DNA of 63,733 bases, counting the filler, from Octopus bimaculoides (lineage: Eukaryota): assembly GCF_001194135.2 (NCBI RefSeq). It is 6 parts of 6 records of this genome, joined end to end, with 100 filler letters (N's around TTAATTAATTAA, not from the genome) between each part and the next. Parts side by side here need not be neighbours in the genome. Positions count along the whole stretch, not along the records: positions 18,952 to 34,274 come from NC_068986.1; positions 34,375 to 36,264 come from NW_026305048.1; positions 36,365 to 57,261 come from NC_069005.1; 3 more parts are not named here. One strand, written 5' to 3'. Shown piece by piece: positions 26,351-37,769 of the stretch. Numbering within the stretch: the stretch's first letter is position 1; the number at the start of each line of letters is the position of its first letter. The notes beneath the pieces were generated by a model. It did not search any database. It was given only the letters and a program-made list of their open reading frames with translations, and was not told the DNA's origin. A program made the translations under genes and the position numbers.

Positions 26351-27080
26351 AAATACTCTCCCAGTACTGTTCTGACCTCGTCTAAATTATTCATGTTCTT
26401 TCTGTCCAAATGATTTTGAAAGCTGTGGAATAAATGATAATCAGATGTGGCAATGTCCGGCGAATATGGTGGGTGGGACATGGTTTTCAAACTGCTCCAG
26501 CCTTTGGAATGTCATCCTCGCTGTGTGTGGCCAAGCATTATCCTGATGGAAAAACACCTTTCATCTTGAAACCAAAGATGGTCGTTTTTCTTCTAGCGCT
26601 GACTTGAATGACTGGTTGAATGTCCAAATCCAAGCATCTTTCCTAGTTCCTCAACAGTTGCGATGGGATTTTGTTCCACCAGGGTTTGCAGGACGTCCTC
26701 GTCGAGCTTTACAGCTTTTCCAGGACGAGGCTCGTCTTCTAGACTGTAATTTCTGGAACCACCGTTGACACTGTCTTACGTTTATTGTCCGATCCCCATA
26801 TACTGCATTAATATTCCTCGCACTTTCCGTTGCGTTGTTGCCTTTATTGAAGTCATAAAGCAAAATATCCCGAATATGCTCCTTTGTCACTTCCATTATA
26901 GCTTTGAAAAAATAACTGTTAAAATCGAACAACATTCTTCAAAACTTGCACTAAGAATAAGGACAAGGTAAAATTACAACCTGTTTTTATAGGAAGTTGA
27001 TGCAGGTAGTTTATCCCGTCCACCTCCGACTTTTAGTTCATGCAATTGAAAAAGCCGCATTATTTATGGGATGTCCCAAT
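26351..27080 (-). mobile_element. Mariner transposon fragment (5' TIR + internally deleted transposase pseudogene)
   Basis: N-terminal HTH EHIRDILLYDFNKGNNATESARNINAVYGDRTINVRQCQRWFQK and catalytic-region HPPYSPDIATSDYHLF. The TIR-like ttgggacatcccataaataatgcgg ends at a TA run at 27080. The 3' TIR is absent. Confidence 0.9.
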
Positions 27081-28369
27081 ATATATATATTTGAACTCAC
27101 GAACTAACTATGAGCATGCAATTAAGTTAACGGTAATATATTTAATAATTTAATATATTTAACAAAAATATAATTAAGGGGAGTTGAAATTAGTTCAATG
27201 GATAATATTATATCAACTATCGAAGAGACAACTTCGGATATGTTTTGCTTTTATTAGACCTCCTCGGCAATGTATCGCGTCCACTATATTTTCCGGAGTA
27301 GTGAGAATTGCTAAACAGGTAAATATGTATAACATTGTTCATTTGTTGGTGTAGGAAAACATAAACGCTGAGAGAATAAATAATTAATTCGAAGACACCA
27401 TTATACGTTATTTTAACAAACTCAGAAGAACGAAAGGCGAATTCAACAAAATACTGGAATGAATTTTGTAATGAATGAGAAATTTGCATATTTAAAACTA
27501 GCACATTTGAATAAACGTAATGAACCACTGAGGTTGAATTACCGAAAGACGCCACCTGCAGAAAAAAAATCTATAGTTGAGTTAGTGTTAACATAAGTAT
27601 TCCAATTGATCAACTTGCTTCTTATCGACTATGTATAATGTATATAGCGTGGAACATTAGAGAGATAATGCGTATCTACAATGAATTGAATTACATAGAT
27701 AAATGGGCTGATCAAAGCTAAATTTATAATACTAGAAATATATTGATTTCTTATAATAATGCACAAGACCAATTTTATAGAGCTGTTTCATAGTCTATTG
27801 TATAAAGAGTAGTCATTTGTTGTTTAGCAAAGCAAGGTTGAAAGAAATTCCAGCCGTGACCATCTCGTCTTTTCAGTTATGTATATATATAGTATCTCTA
27901 AGACGGTATGCAATGTGTTTTGCTATTTTCTTGAAGACGTGAGGGTGTGATTTGGAACAGGGTTTGTTGTTCAAATAAACTACTGTACTGGCTGACTGTT
28001 AAAATCAGTTGTAAACATCATTTATTTTTGCCTCAAATTTATAAAGAAAGAAAACGGTATGTTGTAATGTTCATGCCTTTCTGAGTGGTATTAACAAATA
28101 ATCGGTTAAAATGTTCTTTTATCATTCACGCGACTCCTAGTTCAATCACAATATGCTATAACTTGGGCAAGCGTCTCTACCATAATATCAAGTCGACTTT
28201 CACTTTGTAAATGAAACTGAGGAGATAGAATTTGTGAAGAAATCCGTTGGATGGATTTACCTCTTCTTGGATCATCATTAAGGATAACATTGACATAATC
28301 TGATAATCTCACATCTCCGAAAACTGGGTCTTTGGATTTTTGTATGTATCATTCTAGTAATAGGATAGG

Positions 28370-28650
28370 CTGTTTCTCAGAAAAATAAGAAGAGAGAATT
28401 ATTCTTAGAATGGGAAGACATCTTCGCGGATGAGCGAAATCAACTGATTCAACTAACAGCCAACAAGCGAGCATCGATGCGGTTCGACCTACTAAAAGAA
28501 GCAACTAGCTTTTCCTCAGATCTTAGCACACAATCTTGGAAAAGTAAAGGACACAGTTAATAATTTAGTCCTACATACACTTTTAAAAGAAAGTATGATG
28601 ACTGCTGGAAAGCCTTGATCAGAGCTGAGATGGCCTAAATAACAACTACC
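28370..28650 (+). repeat. Dispersed repeat family F (working name) with (CAA)n tail
   Basis: Related segments at about 15090-15210(-), 18040-18130(+), 27830-27980(-) and 41280-41490(-). Confidence 0.55.
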
Positions 28651-28799
28651 CACCACAAGATCAAATCCTTCCTGTTGTGTAGAGGCTTCTGTGTCTCGAT
28701 GACACTGAGCACTATGCAAGCAGGGGACAAGCCCTCGCAGGGCCTCCCATGCAGGAAAGGTCTAAGAATAGACGCCAAATTAATATGTACCATCCCTTC

Positions 28800-29060
28800 C
28801 GAGAGGTAAAAATGGGTTTGTGTAGGGTCAACACTCCTAATTTTTAAAAAAGACAAAATTACAGAAGCATCGATAACAAATCAAAACCAACAAGATCTGA
28901 GAGAGGAAGATCTGGGAAACACGATGTAGTACAGCAAAATCCGAAAGGAAGCTGCAAAGTCGACTCTCCTTCTGACTACCAGGAGACCAGCCCAGATTTA
29001 AGAACATTGGAAAAAAAGTTGTCGATGGTCTATGATCCATAGGAATCAAGTAAACAAGTG
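28800..29060 (+). mobile_element. Possible RTE LINE 3' end
   Basis: Decayed ...RPAQI*EHWKKVVDGL*SIGIK resembles AQ.R..W...V.GL.S.G at RTE C-termini. Confidence 0.4.
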
Positions 29061-30236
29061 CAACTAACAGATAAAAATGGTAAATCACCAACAAATAGCT
29101 TTTCACTTCCATTTGATAATGAAACTAAATGGATATGAAAATAATCTTTTGTATTATTGGCACCATGACTGAAATTTTAAGGAAGGGAACTAGTTGATTA
29201 CATCAACCCTAGTGCTTAACTGATACTTATCTCATCGAATCCGAAAAGATGAAATGCAAAGACGACCTCGGTGGAATGTGAACTCAGAACGTAATGCGAG
29301 ACTACATGTTGCTAAGTATATTTGTCCGACGCGGTAATAGTTCTGCTAGTTCGCCGCCTTAATGGATGTAAAAATAATGATTTCAAATTTTGACACAAGG
29401 CCAGCAAACTCGAGTCGGGGAGGCAAGTCGATTACATCGACCCAAATGCTCAACTGGTATTTCTTTCCTCGACCCCAAACGAATGAAAGGTAAAGTCACT
29501 CTCAGCGGAATGTGAACTCAGAACGTAAAGACAGACGAAAGGCTGCTAAGCATTTGTCCAACACGTTAACGATTCTTCCAGCTCGCTGCCTTTAGGTATG
29601 TAAAAATAATACCTACTTTTTTAGCTATACTTAGTGTGTATATTTGTCAGGCGAGCGAGGATTGGAATCGGTTCTCTGTGTTCTTCTGACTATCACTTCC
29701 CTAATGCCATCTACCTTTCAACAAATTTACTGAAAGTCATCACTTTTTAATCTCTCCAATTTGAAATTCTTCAGTGATGAGGGCCTGACCGAAGAGGGAA
29801 GTGTCTGTCCTCAGTCCTTTCAATCGTGTCCAACCATAATCATAAGACCTGATGTTGTAGTCGTCATTACTTATCATGTATGTTTGAAGAGATAATCTGT
29901 TAAGTTGTTTATTCCATTATCTATTTGAATACAACCGCCATTCACGTTTACGACTACTAGTTCGTACCCTACCCCATCCACACACACCCCGTTGATAATG
30001 AGATATTTAGGTTAATCAATGTAACCGTTAAATTGGCCAAGCGGAACTTTGACATTGATGGAGCATTACGGGAGTAGAGTGAGCGGTCGAGAAAGATTGG
30101 GTCTTGTGCGAGATGTGCGGCGAGAGAGACAGGGCGAGAGGAAGGGACAGTATAAAGAAAAAGATATACAGCAATGCAGAGAATGAGACCGAATGTACAC
30201 ATACACGGATACAGAAATATTGAGCTAGCTAGTGAA

Positions 30237-30271
<35 letters not shown>

Positions 30272-30599
30272 AAGAGTAATCCCTAGGGTGAAAATGGCTC
30301 GAGAGAAAATAAGCGTCGAAAGAGTAACAGCATAATTAATTGTAAACGCAGCTTATCGTTGATTTGCTATCATTATCATTAGCGTGTATATTGATTTTGC
30401 AGCTAATGCTGGTGTATAAATGTGCGTGTATAATGGTGCTGTCTAAATGTGTGTGTGAAAGAAACGGGCGGAGTATAACAGTATTTAGTTAACTCTCTTT
30501 ACACTGTGGTTCTGGGTTCGTATCAAGAGAGAAGCTAAGTTTGCTTTCTCCTTTTTTTTTCGCTCGTTGATAACATAAATACCAGTAGAGTATTCTTTT

Positions 30600-30812
30600 A
30601 TCTTTTACTTGTTTCTGACATTAGACTGCGGCCGTGCTAGGGCATCGCCTTGAAGAATTTTTAGTCTGATGAATCGACCCAGTATCTGTTAAACCTGGTA
30701 CTTATTCTGTCGGGCTCTTTTGCCGAACCGCTAATTTACGGAGGCGTAAAAACACCAGTACCAGTTGTCAAGTAGTTGACGGGAGGACAAACGTAGACAC
30801 AAAGATACACAC

Positions 30813-30862
<50 letters not shown>

Positions 30863-31020
30863 CGACGGGCTTCTTTCAGCTTTCTTCTACCAAATCCACT
30901 CACAACGCTTTGCTCGGGCCGAAGCTATAGTAGAAGACACTTGCCCGAGGTGTTATGCAGTGGGACTGAACCCGGAACCATCTAGCTGGAAAGCAAGTTT
31001 CTTACCACACAGCCACTGGT
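30600..31020 (-). mobile_element. Full-length SINE-like family A copy
   Basis: Head at 31020, internal (AT)n, and tail at 30600-30650; collinear with 6036-6420. Confidence 0.85.
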
Positions 31021-31447
31021 TAACTTCCGCAAAAGTAACAGCAATGTATTGATATTACATCGATTAAGCTCATATAAATCTGTGATGTTAATGCTAATAT
31101 GAGAAATAAAGCAACTAATTTACATTGTTGTTAGAACATCATATAAAAGTGCTGCGTAATATTTGTTCCCAGTTCAAATCCTATTGAAATCAATATTACT
31201 TTTTTTTCTTTTTTATTTCTGGGTTGATGATAAAATACCAGTGGATTAGCAGATTTATTTGACAGAATCAGATATCATATCAATGTTCAATGATCTAGAA
31301 TTAAAGATTACTGCCGATGCCAACAAAACTAAAGTCAAATTTCTAGATATAACATTAGGTTTAGACGCTAACACATATTTTTCTTATTATAAAATTAATG
31401 AATGTTATTTTATATTAACAAAGTTTGAAACCTCTACCAGTTTAGTT

Positions 31448-31680
31448 TCCGTGGCCTAGTGGTTAGTGTTTCACACGCCATCGTAAGATTGTGGTTTCGA
31501 TTCCGGGACAGTTAGCACGTTGTGTTCTAGAGCGAAACACTTCGTTTCACGTTGCTCCAGGCCACTCAGCCGTAATGAGTAACCATTGCAAGGAACTGGA
31601 TCCCCGTTTAGGGGAAATGTTGTGCTCTCGGTCACTTATACGCTATGGAAACCAGGTAACTATCCCTAAGAATCGAGACA
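31448..31680 (+). mobile_element. tRNA-derived SINE (family D-related)
   Basis: A box gtggcctagtgg, B box ggtttcgattcc, then the core tttcacgttgctccag.ccactcagc. Confidence 0.75.
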
Positions 31681-31844
31681 GTAACAAAATGTTAGTAGAT
31701 TATATACCTTCATTATCCTCAATAACAGAAGTTTTTTGCCAAAACTTCAGCTTTCTAGAACAAAGCATTTAATCGTAATGGAATTTTGGATTGAACAGAA
31801 TATGTACCCGGGCCAGAAGCTCCCAGAAATAGAAAAAGGAGCTC

Positions 31845-32150
31845 TCCGTCGGTTACGACGACGAGGGTCCCAGCTGATATGATCAACGGAACAGCTTGCT
31901 CGTGAAATTAACTGAGCAATCCACAGACACGTGTACCCCTAATGTAGTTCTCAGGGAAATTCAGCGTGACACAGAGTGTGACAAGACTGACCTTTTGAAA
32001 TACAGGTACTACTCATTTTTGCCCGCTGAGTGGACTGGAGCAACGTGAAATAGAGTGTCTTGCTCAAGCACACAACGCGTCGCCGGGAATTGAATTCACG
32101 ACCTTACGATCGTGAGCCAAATGCCCCTCACCACTAAGCCACGCGCTTTC
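31845..32150 (-). mobile_element. tRNA-derived SINE family D (working name)
   Basis: The minus strand has gcgtggcttagtgg...gtgaattcaattcc, the same core as 31448, and tail ggaccctcgtcgtcgtaaccgacgga. A partial copy lies at about 35995-36160. Confidence 0.8.
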
Positions 32151-33206
32151 ACTCCCAGAAATAGAAAAATTCCGCGATATAACCCAATTTTTAGCGTAAA
32201 TAAATACAGGCAAAAAGTAAGAGCAAATGTAACCAAGGAGTTTCTTAAGTTACTCTTACTTCATTTTAATAGAGGTCACAGATGTTCTAAGATGTTTTAA
32301 TAGACCTCTTAAGATCTTTATAGAAATTCTAGTGAAGTTTCTAATGCTTGTTGCAAGCATTTCCGCAGCGCTTTCAATGCAATTAATGCAAAGTCTAGGT
32401 CGAGCAATAGTAGTACCTATTCAGAAAGAGGGTGGAATTGTAGAAACCCTCCTAGTGTCTACCCAAGTCATCGTCATCATCATCATCATCATCCTCACTA
32501 AAATGATAATAATCATCATCGTTATCCTCCTCTCCCTTGTCATCATCATCGTCGTCGTCGTCGTCGTCGTCATCACCGTCATCACCGTCATTACCGTCAT
32601 TTTCACCTACTTCATCTTTATATTCATCATCATTAAAATCATCGCTAGCGTCGACGTCATCATCATCATTACCATCATCATCATTCCAGCCACCGCTACT
32701 ACTACTACTACCCATTATTGTGGTCATCATCATCATCATCGTTATCATCATCATATTCACCATATTCATCGTCGGCGTCGTTGTGTGCTATTACTGCAGC
32801 CACAACAATAGCGGTAATGACTACAAAACACTCCCACTACCACCACCACCACCACCACCACCACTACTAACAGCAACAAGTATTGTTTGGTCTTTTGTTT
32901 GCACCACCTACCTCACTCCATCTTAAAAGCCCTTTTGTCATGGAAGAATCTATTAATGCGATGTATAAAGTTTCCACTTCGTTGCACTCTGTAAATGTTC
33001 ATATCTACGCTTGTTTACATATGTTATATAGACATATAACCTCGATAGTGGGGTTTTGATTCACTGAACTAGAAATACCGGGTTCAATTTCATTTAGCAG
33101 TAGAGCTTCAATTTACATATACTGCTGTTTACTTGTATCGACCTGTGGTGCCCTTCCATTCGCGCCACTTGTGGTCGATAAAGAAATACTGATGATGATG
33201 ATGATA

Positions 33207-33268
<62 letters not shown>

Positions 33269-33934
33269 ACTAATAATATTGAGTGAGAGAGCAGTGCATG
33301 CCATCAAAGTGACACTGGGGTTAAATATACGAAGCCCAATATACCCATCATGACTACTCGGCTGATATGGGTACATCAGGCACATGCATCACAATCATAT
33401 GTGCGCGACATGGAGATCTCATACCAAGATAAAAAGCGCATGACTTTGCAGGTGAAGCCCAGTTAGAATTTTCTTCAGGTCGAGTAGCCCATCCCGCTCA
33501 AACCCTCTTTGAATAAAGGTTGTTTAAGGATATTGAACAAGACACCGATGTTTCCAGGCTGAATTATTTAAACCCCAAAGAATTCCTTTCAGCAACATAG
33601 CTATAATGCTCCCTCACTACTTCTGCTCGTGATCAGAGATGCATATATCGTCAGCCACTAAGGAACTTGCTCAACTGGTTAAGATCAAACAACTGAAAGC
33701 AAATCTGTGGTATTGAACAAAATATTTGCTGTAGCCCATCTTTCATACCAAGACAAAAGAATGTACATGATACGGGCCACATATTCACCATGCAGAGGTT
33801 TTTGTTCCCACCTATCAGCCAATTGTTCAAGCGAATTTTACTTTGCTACTGATTTCACCTTCTTTGCAACTACAGTTGCTGCACTTAAGGATGTTGAGCA
33901 AAACACCCATATTATTATCATTATTATTATTATT

Positions 33935-34274
33935 TTATGTTTGACTTTTGTTTTGCATTTGTACAAGTTGGATCCAAGTCTCACCCAGAGACCTCAAGAG
34001 ACAACAAGTTAGAAGTTCATGTAGGTGTTATGCCTAGGGTACCATATATTTGGATTTGTACAGTTTTGTTCAAGTGAATGTTTAAGAAACCATAAGAAAA
34101 TTATGTTTGCTTTAAAATTTGAGATCACATAGACAGTATTTTACGTAGGATATGGGCAGTTCCCATGAGCACTATCTTTTGGACTTCAGCCATTTTGGGG
34201 TTTCCTGGTATCTGAGCTAGGTAGTAATCAGCCCGTTTCGCTGTCATTCCCAGGGCACCTATGACAATAGGTAT
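33935..34274 (-). mobile_element. R4/Dong-like RLE LINE 3' end with (TAA)n tail
   Basis: IPIVIGALGMTAKRADYYLAQIPGNPKMAEVQKIVLMGTAHILRKILSM*, then a 3' UTR and (aat)n at 33910-33934. An adjacent fragment at 33780-33900 encodes LADRWEQKPLHGEYVAR. Confidence 0.85.
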
Positions 34275-34435
34275 NNNNNNNNNNNNNNNNNNNNNNNNNN
34301 NNNNNNNNNNNNNNNNNNTTAATTAATTAANNNNNNNNNNNNNNNNNNNNNNNNNNNNNNNNNNNNNNNNNNNNGAACCATGTGGTTGGGAACCAAGCTT
34401 CTTACCACACAGCCACGCCTGCACCTACCTATATT

Positions 34436-34468
<33 letters not shown>

Positions 34469-36859
34469 TCATAGATTATATTTGTTTCTCACTTTGATGG
34501 TAGAGTTAGTAGTAATAGCGTGAGGGGCCAGTGCAGTGAGTGGAAGGCATTGGTGATGTAAGCAGAGGGAGTGGTGGTTGTGGTGGTGGTGGTGGTGGTG
34601 TATCAATAAGTGTAAACTAAAAGGTAAGTTCATGATGGTATATTTTTAGCTTGGCTGATTGAAAAACTTGATAAGTCAGAAATATGAAATATTATCTGGC
34701 AAATCAAGATACCACATCTTCACCTATGGCATATTGTTTTGTAAATAAATACACAAATGCTAAACGAATAATGCTTGCGTGAAAACCTCAACACAAAAGA
34801 CAAGGGTAGTTATTTCATTAGTTTGAATGTTCATTAATTATTGCAAACAGAGATAAAAAAAAAAAAAATGTTGTTGTTGATGGTGGTGGTGATGGTGGTT
34901 GTTGTTGTGGTGGTGGTAGTGGTGGTGGTGGTGGGGGTATTGGTTTTGCGGGCAAAGGGAAAGATGAAATAAACGATTAGGAAAGAAAGAAAAAAAATGA
35001 AAGAGAAAAATGAAAGAAAGAAAGAAAATGAAGTGGGGAGAAGGAAACGGGTGAGAAAAGAGCAAAATAGGAAAAGTAAAATTGCCTAATTTTGGAAGCC
35101 GTGATATCGNNNNNNNNNNNNNNNNNNNNNNNNNNNNNNNNNNNNNNNNNNNNNNNNNNNNNNNNNNNNNNNNNNNNNNNNNNNNNNNNNNNNNNNNNNN
35201 NNNNNNNNNNNNNNNNNNNNNNNNNNNNNNNNNNNNNNNNNNNNNNNNNNNNNNNNNNNNNNNNNNNNNNNNNNNNNNNNNNNNNNNNNNNNNNNNNNNN
35301 NNNNNNNNNNNNNNNNNNNNNNNNNNNNNNNNNNNNNNNNNNNNNNNNNNNNNNNNNNNNNNNNNNNNNNNNNNNNNNNNNNNNNNNNNNNNNNNNNNNN
35401 NNNNNNNNNNNNNNNNNNNNNNNNNNNNNNNNNNNNNNNNNNNNNNNNNNNNNNNNNNNNNNNNNNNNNNNNNNNNNNNNNNNNNNNNNNNNNNNNNNNN
35501 NNNNNNNNNNNNNNNNNNNNNNNNNNNNNNNNNNNNNNNNNNNNNNNNNNNNNNNNNNNNNNNNNNNNNNNNNNNNNNNNNNNNNNNNNNNNNNNNNNNN
35601 NNNNNACCACTACCACCATCACTAATACCACTACTACTACCAACACCACTACCACCAGCACCAATACCACTACTACAACTACCACCACCAACAACACCAC
35701 TACAACCATCACCACCACCACCACCACCACCACTATTGCTATTGCCACCACCACCACCACCACCTAATGTCATAATTGTCATCACTGTCATTACTTCAAG
35801 ACCAATCAAACACTAACATCTATTGCAACCACCATTGTTACACCTTTCACCACCACCACCACCACCACTACCATTAATCAATGGCCGGAAAGTGCCATAA
35901 AGCAAAAGACACCCTGTCTCCTGTCGATGCATACATACATATATTACAGGTACATTTTGCAGTCATACCCCACACTTGCTCCTTAGGTCGTTGTGGCACT
36001 CTGTCGGTTACGACGATGAGGGTTCCACTTGATCCAATCAACGGAACAACCTGCTCGTGAAATTAACGTGCAAGTGGCTGAGCATTCCACAGACATGTGT
36101 ACCCTTAATGTAGCTCTCAGGGAGATTCAGTGTGTGTGACAAGGCTGGCCCTTTGAAACAGGAGGAAAGAGTGAAAGAAAGTTGTGGTGAAAGAGTACAG
36201 CAGGGTAAGTCACAATCCCCTGCTGGAGCCTCGTGGAGCTTTAGGTGTTTTCACTCAATAAACANNNNNNNNNNNNNNNNNNNNNNNNNNNNNNNNNNNN
36301 NNNNNNNNTTAATTAATTAANNNNNNNNNNNNNNNNNNNNNNNNNNNNNNNNNNNNNNNNNNNNATCAATTTAATTGCAGTGCCATCATCAGCTGCACAA
36401 ATAAATAAATAGAATTTTAACCAGTTGGACACATTCATATCTCCATTCCAGCCGCTAGGGTCCTAGAAGAGGTTAGAAGGGCCAAGTGGCAAAGACATTA
36501 TTCTGCTTAGCAGAGGCATTTTACCGTGAGAAAAGCGCTGTTGAAGTGTTAAGTGAAATTTCCCAATCAAGGATCGAATCCACGCTATGCCTGCATGAAG
36601 CCAATACACATACGTTGTGGAAAAAAAATTTATGTACTGCCATGGAGAAAGTGTAAGTGTAAAAATGCAGAATTATCGGAGTAATGGGCATTCAAAAAAG
36701 TATGTATGTATAGAAATGTATGAATGGAGAAATTCAAATTAAGGAAGTACAATAATAATGTTTTGAGTGTTTAAATAAATATTGTTTAGGAATATGAGTT
36801 ATTTCCCTTGGGTGTTTTAAAAAAAATAGTTATATAAGGTATATATAAAGGTCCCTTCC

Positions 36860-37032
36860 AGTGGCCATATTATCGATTTTTTCAGCAATAGAAGTATGTC
36901 ACAAGGTTTCCAGACATGAGTTTTACCCATGTGTCAAATTTCATCAAAATTAATAAAACGATGTAGGAGGAGTTAGCTAACAACGCCACAAACAAACACA
37001 CACCGCTTTTCCACATATTTAATAAATATATT

Positions 37033-37035
<3 letters not shown>
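36860..37035 (+). mobile_element. Possible Helitron/Helentron-associated (HINE-like) 3' terminus
   Basis: catgtgtcaaatttcatcaaaat...tgtaggaggagttag...acaaacaaacacacaccgctttt resembles such termini. This is recall only; no alignment was run. Confidence 0.35.
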
Positions 37036-37065
<30 letters not shown>

Positions 37066-37088
37066 AACACACACACACACACACACAC

Positions 37089-37142
<54 letters not shown>

Positions 37143-37769
37143 TATATCATAAATAATATATATGTATACATGCACATATTAATATGTATATATATGCATA
37201 TATATACGCATACAACAAAAAAATACGAAGTAAAAGTACATGGAATATGAACTATTTTTTCGAACAATGAAAGGCACAAATGGAAAACAAGACAAACAAC
37301 AAAGCTCGGATGGACCTAATGCAGGCTCAACGGCTATCTAGCAATAGCACGGGTACGCAGAAATTCCGGGATGGTGTCCGGCGTGCTGAAAGACCACTGG
37401 GAGTGAGGTGCACCTCAGCTTTTGTTGAAGCATGTCTCTAGGAGAAGGTCACTCTGATATAAAACCAGATATGCATTGGACAGTTTGGGGATCTTGGTTT
37501 GTGTTAGAGATCATGGTACTCCCACATCCCTGAGCCTGCGACCCATATTGGCACCAGGCATCTTGCTCCACCTTATCTCTGGACAATGTCAACAAAGTGG
37601 AGAGGGTCATTGAGGTGTTGTGCAAGCCTTATTAGACCTAACACTTTGCACAGGCACTGCTGATCTCTGCTCGGTACGTGTATTTTTCCCCCTATATATT
37701 ATTATTTCATTTTTAGTATATATGTATCTTTATTTTTATTATATATTTATAGTATATTTTTATCTTATT

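Larger units (their letters stand above)
31250..32400 (+). mobile_element. Penelope-like RT fragment interrupted by two SINE insertions
   Basis: ISMFNDLELKITADANKTKVKFLDITLGL, then SLSSITEVF, then RNRKIPRYNPIFS...ANVTKEFLKLLLLHFNRGH...MF*NR, in the expected order. Confidence 0.7.

Noticed and set aside
30294-30335. ATG-initiated MAREKISVER resembling a MADS-box start
   Set aside because: It stops after 13 codons, the donor site is weak, and the similarity is too short.
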